Shown here piece by piece: positions 7,911-15,590 of a DNA stretch of 26,722 bases (within the stretch, counting starts at the first letter, position 1; every line of letters begins with the position of its first letter). The stretch lies in the IMG/VR virus record IMGVR_UViG_3300011405_000023, positions 1 through 26,722 of that record. One strand, written 5' to 3'. A model generated the notes under the pieces. That model was given only the letters and a program-made list of their open reading frames with translations. It was not told where the DNA came from and ran no database searches. This stretch comes from a virus. Lineage: Duplodnaviria; Caudoviricetes. The translations under genes were made by a program, and so were the position numbers.

Positions 7911-8163
7911 GATAGCAAATCTTTGGGTTCATATAGAAACCCAATCATCCCCTGATGGGACAGCAGAATTCACCACAGAGGCTATGGAAGTTGAACAAGC
8001 TGGCTGTTTAGTCAGAGTTTCAACTACAATATATGACCTTCATACTGGTTTTATTGTTAATCTATCAGAAGCTTTAACCTTTGTTCCTTGGTCAAAGATT
8101 GTAGACAGAAAGGAAGAAGATATTCTTGTTGGCAAGAAGCTGATGGGAGGTAACAAGTTCTAA
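7897..8163 (+). CDS. Small beta-rich phage protein
   Basis: TEAMEV..AGCLVRVST..SEALTFVP pattern; ends just before a hairpin. Confidence 0.65.
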   Translation: MSSSKIANLWVHIETQSSPDGTAEFTTEAMEVEQAGCLVRVSTTIYDLHTGFIVNLSEALTFVPWSKIVDRKEEDILVGKKLMGGNKF

Positions 8164-8167
8164 TCAT

Positions 8168-8190
8168 AGGCCCCTTAATTGGGGCCTTTA
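8168..8190 (+). terminator. Terminator-like hairpin
   Basis: AGGCCCC-TTAATT-GGGGCCT followed by a short T run. Confidence 0.6.
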
Positions 8191-8203
8191 ATTCCTAGAA
8201 GTT

Positions 8204-9199
8204 ATGGAAGATTTAGCATTTAAAGGAAGATATCTTAAAGTAGTAGATGATAAATGTATACAACACTATGGAGTGAGAAATGGTGATTATCTAAAGTATT
8301 CTCATACTGATGATATTAACCATGAACACTGGGGAGATGTTTCTGCTAAGAAATACTACTATGGTTATAAAGCTCACACTAACAAATACTTTGAACTCAT
8401 GCCTGTAGGTTTTGTTCCTCCTGGAAAACTATCTGTATTTCCATCTGAAGGAGTATGTTGGAAACCAACTATAGAACTCAGAGACTTTTTAATAGCAAGA
8501 GAAAACTCAAGTACAACAGCTTGTGGATATCATGTAAAAGGAATAGCCTGGAATTATAATAGTTGCTGGGAAGTAGCAAGTTATAGTGCTAAACCAGAAT
8601 ATAAAATTAAGGATTTAGAGCCTTTCCTTCAGGCACATATGGTTAGACAAACTCCAGCCAAGATTCCTGACCATTTAAAGGAAAGACCATTAACTCCAGA
8701 TGAAAGTTTTTCTTTTACTGCTTATGTTCCTTTCAGTGTTAGAAATGGATACAGACTTCCTGATAAATGGTGTATTCATAACAATCCCCTTAATCATGAA
8801 ATGATTGATGCTTTTATGTATAAACATAGAAGTGAGTGGGCTAGTCATACAAATGCTTGGACAACTGAGGGTAGTCATGGATATTTTCATTATCCTCCAG
8901 TAAATCAGGTTTGTCATTCAGAAGATAAGCCAGAAGAAGGTTATACATTAATTACTACACAACAATTTAAAAATTACGTTCTTACAGTAAATAACAATTT
9001 AATAAATAACGAAGATGATAGATCAAGATCACAGCAGAGAGGACCAAGTGAGCCCAACAGTGGAGTTACCATTGAAATACAAAGACCTGATATCACAGTC
9101 AGAGGGAGAGAACCAGCAAGAGGAGTTGGAATTGAATGTTCAAATATCCAAATCGAAGTTGGAAGTGGACATCTCCCAGACAAATTTGGACTTAGCTAA
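8204..9199 (+). CDS. Mosaic hypothetical protein of Bacteroidota phages
   Basis: 331 aa with aromatic-rich modules (LPDKWCI..GYTLITTQQFKNYVL); C-terminal tail overlaps the next gene by 185 nt. Confidence 0.7.
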   Translation: MEDLAFKGRYLKVVDDKCIQHYGVRNGDYLKYSHTDDINHEHWGDVSAKKYYYGYKAHTNKYFELMPVGFVPPGKLSVFPSEGVCWKPTIELRDFLIARENSSTTACGYHVKGIAWNYNSCWEVASYSAKPEYKIKDLEPFLQAHMVRQTPAKIPDHLKERPLTPDESFSFTAYVPFSVRNGYRLPDKWCIHNNPLNHEMIDAFMYKHRSEWASHTNAWTTEGSHGYFHYPPVNQVCHSEDKPEEGYTLITTQQFKNYVLTVNNNLINNEDDRSRSQQRGPSEPNSGVTIEIQRPDITVRGREPARGVGIECSNIQIEVGSGHLPDKFGLS

Positions 9200-9335
9200 T
9201 GCTAAGCAAGCATTGGCTAAAACTAAAAGAGCTATTCCTTATGACGTAAGCAAAGAAATCAAAGCTTATGAAAAAGTAAAATCTCTTGAAGGAGGTTTGG
9301 AATATGCTAAGAAGGTATTAGAAGAAAGATTCTAA
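9015..9335 (+). CDS. Coiled-coil hypothetical protein
   Basis: Helical E/Q/K/L-rich sequence (KYKDLISQS..LEYAKKVLEERF); exact start uncertain. Confidence 0.7.
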   Translation: MIDQDHSREDQVSPTVELPLKYKDLISQSEGENQQEELELNVQISKSKLEVDISQTNLDLANAKQALAKTKRAIPYDVSKEIKAYEKVKSLEGGLEYAKKVLEERF

Positions 9336-9338
9336 GCC

Positions 9339-9611
9339 ATGATTGTGGATTACAGCCAGGAGGGGCTTCCCATCGAATTTGATGAGACCTCTGCTGAAGT
9401 AATCTATAAGGACAACAGAGTATCGTTGTTCATGATTAAATCAGCACTCGAAAGTGGGCTAGACACCTATCAATTAACAGACAATTTAGAGTATTCAGTC
9501 AGTGGTGGTTTCATCAACTTTGGCTGTCTCACATTATCACAAGAAAAAACACAAATTTTATTTAGAAAACTATGGAAACAATTAAAAACGTTCAAAGCAA
9601 CTGGGAATTAG
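9339..9611 (+). CDS. Hypothetical protein
   Basis: 90 aa; starts 3 nt after the previous stop and overlaps the ATPase start. Confidence 0.6.
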   Translation: MIVDYSQEGLPIEFDETSAEVIYKDNRVSLFMIKSALESGLDTYQLTDNLEYSVSGGFINFGCLTLSQEKTQILFRKLWKQLKTFKATGN

Positions 9612-10966
9612 AGAAAAAAGCAGAATTGGTAAGATTGGGCAGTGGTCCAAAACCTTATCCAGAAATCTTAAGCTATTTGGAGAATGAAATTGAAAATTCA
9701 GGTCGTATGACCAATTTTGATTATCATCTTCACTGCTTCAGAAGTGATGGAATTTATCAATTGAACAGAGCCATTGAGGAAATCATTGGTGTAACTACTG
9801 TTACAGGTAAAAATGGTCCTTCAGGAGAGCGTCCAATGAACACAATTGATGTTATATTGGCAGGAGGAGTTCGTAAAAAAGTTCCTTATGGTGATATTGC
9901 TTTACCAGAGATGGGAGAGGATGCCATGATTCAGATTTATTATGACATGGGTAAAAAGGTCCTTTACATCAGAGGGAAATGTCAATTCAAATTTCAATCT
10001 TTGATTGATAGCATTATTGACAGAACCAAAGTGCTGTTGAACACTGACAGTATCTACAAAAATCAAACCTTTGAAATTAATGCTGCAGTTGATAATGGTC
10101 AACCACAGCTTATTAATATGTCAGGGATTGATAAAGAAGTGATGATTCTTTCTGAAGAGACTGAATATGCTTTGTCTCCATTGAAAGCAAGAATCCTTCA
10201 CGCTGAGAAGTGTGAGCTTGCTGGAATTCCAATGAAATTTGGTGCTATTTTAGAAGGCCCTTATGGAACTGGTAAAACCTTGTTAGCATTCAAGCTTGCT
10301 AAAGAAGCTAATGAGAACAACTGGGCTGCCATCTATTTGAAATCTCCTGAGTTATTGGCTGATACATTACGTATGGCTAAAACATTGGACAAAAATGGTC
10401 ATGGTATTATTGTGTTTACTGAGGATATTGACCAAGTAACCAAAGGTGAGCGTGGAGCTGCTCTTCAGGATATCTTGAATACTTTGGATGGTGGAGACAC
10501 TAAACACATGAATGTTATTGCTTTGTTTACTACCAATCACTTGGAGCTTATTGATCCAACCTTCTTAAGAGGTAAAAGAATTGGTACTATCATAAGCATG
10601 TCTTATTTGGATGCTGGTACAGCTGAAAAGTATGTACATTCATTCTGTGAAGGTATCGAGCTTACAGGAGACTTTGCTCCTGTATATGAGTTGATAGGGT
10701 CAAGTAGCATTGCTCCTGCGTTTATGGCAGAAATTATTGAAAATGTTAAGTCTAACATGGTAATTCGTGGAGACAATACAGTTCAGGCTACCCATTTCCT
10801 TGTTTGTGTTAAATCTTACCTTCGTCAGGTAGAATTGGCTAAAACCAAAGATATGAGTGTTACTCCAGAGAAAGCTTTAGCTACTGCTTTGATTCAAGTT
10901 ATTCACAATGATGAGTTCTTTGAAAAAGTTGAAGAGGCTGCTCAAAAAGTTTGGGATAACAACTAA
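9572..10966 (+). CDS. Classical AAA+ ATPase with an uncharacterised N-terminal domain
   Basis: Walker A GPYGTGKT, Walker B IVFTEDID, sensor-1 TTNH, SRH-like IDPTFLRGKR. Confidence 0.9.
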   Translation: METIKNVQSNWELEKKAELVRLGSGPKPYPEILSYLENEIENSGRMTNFDYHLHCFRSDGIYQLNRAIEEIIGVTTVTGKNGPSGERPMNTIDVILAGGVRKKVPYGDIALPEMGEDAMIQIYYDMGKKVLYIRGKCQFKFQSLIDSIIDRTKVLLNTDSIYKNQTFEINAAVDNGQPQLINMSGIDKEVMILSEETEYALSPLKARILHAEKCELAGIPMKFGAILEGPYGTGKTLLAFKLAKEANENNWAAIYLKSPELLADTLRMAKTLDKNGHGIIVFTEDIDQVTKGERGAALQDILNTLDGGDTKHMNVIALFTTNHLELIDPTFLRGKRIGTIISMSYLDAGTAEKYVHSFCEGIELTGDFAPVYELIGSSSIAPAFMAEIIENVKSNMVIRGDNTVQATHFLVCVKSYLRQVELAKTKDMSVTPEKALATALIQVIHNDEFFEKVEEAAQKVWDNN

Positions 10967-10974
10967 TATTAACC

Positions 10975-11000
10975 AGGGCTCTGTAACAGGAGCCCTTTAT
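10975..11000 (+). terminator. Terminator-like hairpin
   Basis: AGGGCTC (10975-10981) pairs with GAGCCCT (10990-10996), followed by TTAT. Confidence 0.6.
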
Positions 11001-11010
11001 ACTTTAAACA

Positions 11011-11361
11011 ATGACAAAAGTAAAATTTGGAGCAGCCATAGAAGCTGCTAAAGAGGGCAAGTTGATTGCCAGAGAAGGTTGGAATGGTAAAGGAATGTTT
11101 GTATTCCAAAGACCAGAGGATACATTAAGTGTAGACTTTATTATAAACACAGTGAAGTCTTTGCCAGCTTCTCTTAAACAATACTATATAGGGCAACATG
11201 CTCATACTATAGCAGAAAAAGAGAATGGAAAAAGTCCTGAGGACACTCATGTGAAGTTCTCAGCTTATTTATGTATGAAAGCAGCTGATGGATCCATTGT
11301 AAATGGATGGTTAGCAAGCCAAACAGACATTCTTGCAGAAGACTGGGTAATCTTAAATTAA
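11011..11361 (+). CDS. tad2: DUF2829 / Thoeris anti-defence 2 family signal-sponge protein
   Basis: FGAAIEAAKEGKLIAREGWNGKGMFV at the N-terminus and GWLASQTDILAEDW at the C-terminus, the DUF2829 signature. Confidence 0.85.
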   Translation: MTKVKFGAAIEAAKEGKLIAREGWNGKGMFVFQRPEDTLSVDFIINTVKSLPASLKQYYIGQHAHTIAEKENGKSPEDTHVKFSAYLCMKAADGSIVNGWLASQTDILAEDWVILN

Positions 11362-11366
11362 ACACC

Positions 11367-11594
11367 ATGCTTTTAAGAATACTAGAAATAGGAGCTATTG
11401 CTGCCATTGTTGTTTATGGTATTATTAAGCTGATTGAAATGTTTGCAGGCTTCAATATTAAGAGAAAAAAAGGAGCAGCAATGGAAGAGCTTGCTAAGCA
11501 GGCTGAAAAAGTTGCTCAAGAGAAAAAAGACATTCTTGATCAGACGCAAAAAACAAAAGAACAAATTGATAACATTAATAACACTTTAAATTAG
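11367..11594 (+). CDS. Membrane-anchored coiled-coil protein
   Basis: Start placed at ATG 11367; N-terminal hydrophobic helix then a K/E/Q coiled coil; immediately upstream of the SPFH gene. Confidence 0.7.
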   Translation: MLLRILEIGAIAAIVVYGIIKLIEMFAGFNIKRKKGAAMEELAKQAEKVAQEKKDILDQTQKTKEQIDNINNTLN

Positions 11595-11599
11595 AAATC

Positions 11600-12787
11600 A
11601 TGGAAGTAAATGAATTTATTGCAGGAATTAAAAAGTTTGGACTTATCATTGGAGGAGTCTTATTTTCAATTATTTTGGCAGCAAACTGTTTTGAGAACAT
11701 TCAAGCAGGGGAGATTGCTGTAATCCAGAGCCCTATTACAGGGGAATTGTCAGTAGTTACAACTCCAGGATGGGCCTGGCAAGGTGGTGGTACAGTAACC
11801 AAGTACCAAAGATCTAATCAATTGTGGTTCTCTAACAAAGAGGATGAGGGTGGCTCAGGAGCTATCAAGATTGGATTCAATGATTTTGGTGAAGGAACTG
11901 TTTCTGGTAGTGTAAGATGGTATATGCCTTCTAACAAAGAAAGCGTGTTGAAACTACACAGAGATTATGGTACTCAGGAATCTATTGATTTCAAATTGAT
12001 TAAACAAGCTGTAACTAAAGCTATTTACATGTCAGGTCCATTAATGTCATCAAAAGAGGCTGTGTCTGAGAAAAAGACTGCTCTATTGACATATACTGAA
12101 GATCAGGCAAATAATGGTATTTACAAAACAAAAGCTATTGTGAGCAAAGATACTTTAGCAGATGCCAATACTAAACTATTAGAGATAGTTTACAAAAATG
12201 GCACTCCTGAAATCATCAAACCTTCAGATGTAGCTACTTATGGTATTGTTTTATCTAACTTTACTATTAATGAAATCACTTTCTCTGAAGCTGTTACAAA
12301 ACAGATAGCTAGTCAACAAAAATTAGTGATGGCTGTGCAAACAGCTAAAGCTAATGCTCAGAAAGCTATTCAAGATGCAATCACTACTATGAAACAGGGT
12401 GAAGCTGATGCTGCAAAAGCTAAATGGGAGCAAGAAGTTATCAAAGCTAAGCTTGTAACTGAAGCTGAATCTCGTAATAGAGTTGCTGCATTGGATGTAC
12501 AAACAGCTGATTTGAGAAAGAGAAAAGATATTCTTGAAGGTGAAGGTATTGCTACCAAAAAACGCTTGATTATGCAAGCTGATGGTGCTTTGGACCAAAA
12601 ATTACAAACCTACAAAGAAGTATCTAAGTATTGGGCTGATGCTTTCAGCAACTATGGTGGTAGCTTAGTTCCTCAGTTTATGACTGGAGGTAATGGTGCC
12701 ACAGGTAATGCAGGTATAAACTTCATGGAGATGATGTCTGCAAAAGCAATGAAAGATCTTAGCTTGGATCTTAAAAATAAAGGCTAG
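11600..12787 (+). CDS. SPFH / Band-7 (prohibitin/flotillin-like) membrane protein
   Basis: N-terminal TM helix; GEIAVIQSPITG..; YGIVLSNFTINEITF; A/E/K/Q-rich coiled coil; VPQFMTGG tail. Confidence 0.85.
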   Translation: MEVNEFIAGIKKFGLIIGGVLFSIILAANCFENIQAGEIAVIQSPITGELSVVTTPGWAWQGGGTVTKYQRSNQLWFSNKEDEGGSGAIKIGFNDFGEGTVSGSVRWYMPSNKESVLKLHRDYGTQESIDFKLIKQAVTKAIYMSGPLMSSKEAVSEKKTALLTYTEDQANNGIYKTKAIVSKDTLADANTKLLEIVYKNGTPEIIKPSDVATYGIVLSNFTINEITFSEAVTKQIASQQKLVMAVQTAKANAQKAIQDAITTMKQGEADAAKAKWEQEVIKAKLVTEAESRNRVAALDVQTADLRKRKDILEGEGIATKKRLIMQADGALDQKLQTYKEVSKYWADAFSNYGGSLVPQFMTGGNGATGNAGINFMEMMSAKAMKDLSLDLKNKG

Positions 12788-12829
12788 AAAGTATGGTAGA
12801 ATTGAGGGGTTCGACTCCCCTCTCTTTCA
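12787..12829 (+). ncRNA. tRNA-like RNA 3: 43-nt minihelix (acceptor plus T-arm, no anticodon arm)
   Basis: GAAAG/CTTTC stem, 12-nt linker TATGGTAGAATT containing a D-loop-like GG, GAGGGG-TTCGACT-CCCCTC, A73 then CAA. Confidence 0.6.
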
Positions 12830-12850
12830 CAAACACTAAAACACACAATT

Positions 12851-13042
12851 ATGGAAAAAAATGAAATACCAGCGATTGTCTTTGTTAAACCAGAAGACAA
12901 ACAGTACACGAAGGACCAGATGTTCTTCTTTGCAGGATTCTTGCATGGTGCTTTGGAAAAAGACCCAACAAGAGATGTAGGAGACATATTTGAAGAATGG
13001 AATCTAATAAATAAATTATTTTTTAAAGACGTAACATCATGA
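12851..13042 (+). CDS. Hypothetical protein
   Basis: 63 aa, attATG start context. Confidence 0.55.
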   Translation: MEKNEIPAIVFVKPEDKQYTKDQMFFFAGFLHGALEKDPTRDVGDIFEEWNLINKLFFKDVTS

Positions 13043-13131
13043 TAAAGTACATATTTTTAGGAGGCATGCTCCTTGCAGCAATAGGTTATTGGGTAATCCT
13101 TCTCAGATCATTCAGAGATAAAAACAAATAG
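13039..13131 (+). CDS. Small single-pass membrane protein (30 aa, absent from the ORF track)
   Basis: ATGA overlap with the previous stop; MIKYIFLGGMLLAAIGYWVILLRSFRDKNK. Confidence 0.55.
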   Translation: MIKYIFLGGMLLAAIGYWVILLRSFRDKNK

Positions 13132-13133
13132 TC

Positions 13134-13424
13134 ATGAGCTACGCATCAGACTTTGGGCATGATATTCCACCAGACGATTGGGATGGTGGTGGATATAGAC
13201 GTAAGAGGTATTACTCTAACAGATTTACAGGAGATAATCCTCTTTTTAAAGTACACAATAAGAAATTTATTGAACTTGTATTTGAAACAGAGAAAGCATA
13301 TCTTCTTAAATTTGCACAAGGTAAGGCTTGGATTCCTAAGAGTCATTCTAGTATTGATACAGAGGGCTTGGTTGTTTACATACCTTTCTGGTTATTAAGT
13401 AATCTTAAATTTATTCAAGAATAA
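13134..13424 (+). CDS. Hypothetical phage protein
   Basis: ETEKAYLL..WIPKS..IPFW pattern of a small beta-barrel phage family. Confidence 0.7.
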   Translation: MSYASDFGHDIPPDDWDGGGYRRKRYYSNRFTGDNPLFKVHNKKFIELVFETEKAYLLKFAQGKAWIPKSHSSIDTEGLVVYIPFWLLSNLKFIQE

Positions 13425-13429
13425 ATATT

Positions 13430-13726
13430 ATGAAAAAATTATTTTTATATCTTAGAAGACTCCTCAGAAATGAAGAAGATGATCAGAATTATCTAACTAA
13501 TTTGGAAACAAAGCGCCTTTCTGAGCAGATTCTTAAGCAGCTTGATATAATGGAGCGTGATAAATTGGATAGAATCATGGAAAAGCTTCATATTAAGGAA
13601 GAAACTCTTAAAGAGGCTGAAGAATCCTATGATGAGGCAAAAAGGCTTTATCCAAGGTCTAATGAGTCTGCAGAGAGAACAGCTTTTGTGAGAGGAGTAA
13701 AATGGCAATATAAAAGAAGGTCATGA
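13430..13726 (+). CDS. Hypothetical protein
   Basis: ETLKEAEE..AFVRGVKWQ pattern recalled from Bacteroidota phage small proteins. Confidence 0.65.
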   Translation: MKKLFLYLRRLLRNEEDDQNYLTNLETKRLSEQILKQLDIMERDKLDRIMEKLHIKEETLKEAEESYDEAKRLYPRSNESAERTAFVRGVKWQYKRRS

Positions 13727-13974
13727 GTGATGAAATCAAAAAAATAGGTAATGTGGCTATTGGTCCCATCCTAATCAACCCATTCTCTAAAAAATGTATA
13801 GTTGGGCTATATGTTAGTGTTGACCTTATAACAAGGAGAGGCAAAGATGAATGGGTTGCTCGTGGTTATGTTGATTTCAGGGAGGGAAACACCACAGGAA
13901 GACAGAAATTTGAAGGAACCTCATTTGATGAGGTAGTATTATTAATTAAAAGCTTTATAGATAATGAACTATAG
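13723..13974 (+). CDS. Hypothetical protein
   Basis: ATGA-coupled to the previous gene; 83 aa. Confidence 0.65.
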   Translation: MSDEIKKIGNVAIGPILINPFSKKCIVGLYVSVDLITRRGKDEWVARGYVDFREGNTTGRQKFEGTSFDEVVLLIKSFIDNEL

Positions 13975-14200
13975 TGGATTTTTTAAGTGGTTTCAAGGCC
14001 TGGGTGGTCGTGTACCAGATAGATTTGATGAGGTATTAAACACAAGATATGTTTATGATTCTCCTCCTGTTAGCTCATTTAAGAATAGAGCTGAAGAGAT
14101 TAAAAAAAAATACAATCACAAATTTAAGCAATTAAAAGTAAAAGATGATTTTTTATCTAAAGAACCTAACATTTTTAACATATTATTCGTAAAAAAATGA
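13964..14200 (+). CDS. Hypothetical basic protein
   Basis: 78 aa; fills the gap and is ATGA-coupled to the next gene. Confidence 0.5.
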   Translation: MNYSGFFKWFQGLGGRVPDRFDEVLNTRYVYDSPPVSSFKNRAEEIKKKYNHKFKQLKVKDDFLSKEPNIFNILFVKK

Positions 14201-14634
14201 ACAGCGAACAAGAAACCTATTTGGTAGAAGGAGAATTTGCCTTCACGAGTTACATGCCCACTGAATTAAAGGTGGGCATGCAATTTATAACAAGAATTAC
14301 TGCAGGGGTTTTAGACCCTGAATATTTATTTTTCACACTTCAGGAAGTTCCTGAAGATGCAGAAATGTACATGAGCCTCTATGGTGCCCCAGTGGTTCTG
14401 CATATAGTCTCTACAGATGAGTCTGGAGAAGCTTTGGCAGATCCCAAGGAGATTGGATGGTTCAATGATGGAGAAAACATATTACCTATTACAGATAAGG
14501 AGATAAATGTTATCATTAATGAAGATGAAGGTTTCATGGATGTGGAGTGTGATGACACAGGAGATGTCATTTTGCTTGATGGAAAAGTGATTATTTCGTA
14601 CCTTAGTAGTGAAGAAGAGGAGGATCTACCATGA
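14197..14634 (+). CDS. Very acidic hypothetical protein
   Basis: 145 aa, strongly D/E-rich; ATGA overlaps at both ends. Confidence 0.7.
   Translation: MNSEQETYLVEGEFAFTSYMPTELKVGMQFITRITAGVLDPEYLFFTLQEVPEDAEMYMSLYGAPVVLHIVSTDESGEALADPKEIGWFNDGENILPITDKEINVIINEDEGFMDVECDDTGDVILLDGKVIISYLSSEEEEDLP
14576..14606 (+). promoter_or_regulatory. Possible Bacteroidota sigma-A-type promoter variant
   Basis: TTG (14576-14578), 20 nt, TACCTTAG (14599-14606); resembles -33 TTG / -7 TAnnTTTG with one mismatch. Confidence 0.3.
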
Positions 14635-14870
14635 GCTACTATCTATTGGACAGTAGAGCAGGAATGCTTGCTGTAGAGAACAATGGTCTTCTTAAAACAG
14701 AGGATAATGGTAAGTATATTCTTCTGGCTGGAACACTTAGAGAGTGTTGTGATGCAGCCAATAGTGGAGAATATGGAGAACACAATGTAGTGAGTAATGA
14801 TAGCTTCATTATTCAGTGGAAATTATGCAACAAGAAAGGAATTTGGTCAACTAAAAACATAACTTATTAA
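14631..14870 (+). CDS. Hypothetical protein
   Basis: 79 aa, ATGA-coupled. Confidence 0.55.
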   Translation: MSYYLLDSRAGMLAVENNGLLKTEDNGKYILLAGTLRECCDAANSGEYGEHNVVSNDSFIIQWKLCNKKGIWSTKNITY

Positions 14871-14872
14871 AC

Positions 14873-15586
14873 ATGAAAACAGAAACAAAAACCAACACGA
14901 AACATGTTACTCGAATTGAATCACTAGGAAGAATTATAGTAGCTAATCCCCAATATGGAGACATGAAACTATCTGTATTTCCTTTTGAGCACACTGGCAG
15001 AAGACAATATCTGCCTGAAGGATTTAAAATATGGGAGGACAACTTCAATGCTATGCTCAAGCATGTTCCTTTGCATGAGGGAGCAAACAAACATTATCTT
15101 ACCATTGACAGCAAGTTCTTTACTCAGGATGATTTCTTGAGAAGAGAAGGAGTGCATATTGATGGTAACTTCTGTGCTGACCCTAACTTTGAGGGTACAA
15201 CATGGGGAGGAACAGGAACAACCTGGTCAGGTATTGGAGTTACTCCTACCTTAGAGGTTGTAAAGAACTGGGTATCACCATACCCTGGAGAGATACCATT
15301 TGGTACATATGTATCTGGAGACAGAGGAGGTATCCTTGCTGTTAGTAATGAGATTGGATGTCAGGCTTGGGGTGGTGTCTTTGAGGGTAAAATCCTTGAT
15401 GAAGGTGCCTGTGACCACCTGGCAGACCAGCTTACAGATGTCAGAAAGATTGTTCTTGATCAACATGAGCTTTACTTCATGTCAAGCAACACACCTCATG
15501 AAACACTGATGATTAATAAAGGAACACGAAGAACCTTTATGCGCATCACTCTTAACCATGAATATCCTAACGCTTTAATAGGATAA
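14873..15586 (+). CDS. 2-oxoglutarate/Fe(II) dioxygenase-like protein
   Basis: RREGVHIDG (HxD), distal TPHET (H) and RTFMR (2OG-binding Arg) in the order expected for the DSBH fold. Confidence 0.65.
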   Translation: MKTETKTNTKHVTRIESLGRIIVANPQYGDMKLSVFPFEHTGRRQYLPEGFKIWEDNFNAMLKHVPLHEGANKHYLTIDSKFFTQDDFLRREGVHIDGNFCADPNFEGTTWGGTGTTWSGIGVTPTLEVVKNWVSPYPGEIPFGTYVSGDRGGILAVSNEIGCQAWGGVFEGKILDEGACDHLADQLTDVRKIVLDQHELYFMSSNTPHETLMINKGTRRTFMRITLNHEYPNALIG

Positions 15587-15590
15587 TACA

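Noticed and set aside
6405-10966. MoxR-vWA chaperone pair
   Set aside because: The ATPase has classical AAA motifs (TTNH, SRH) rather than MoxR signatures and is separated from the vWA gene by a terminator-like hairpin.
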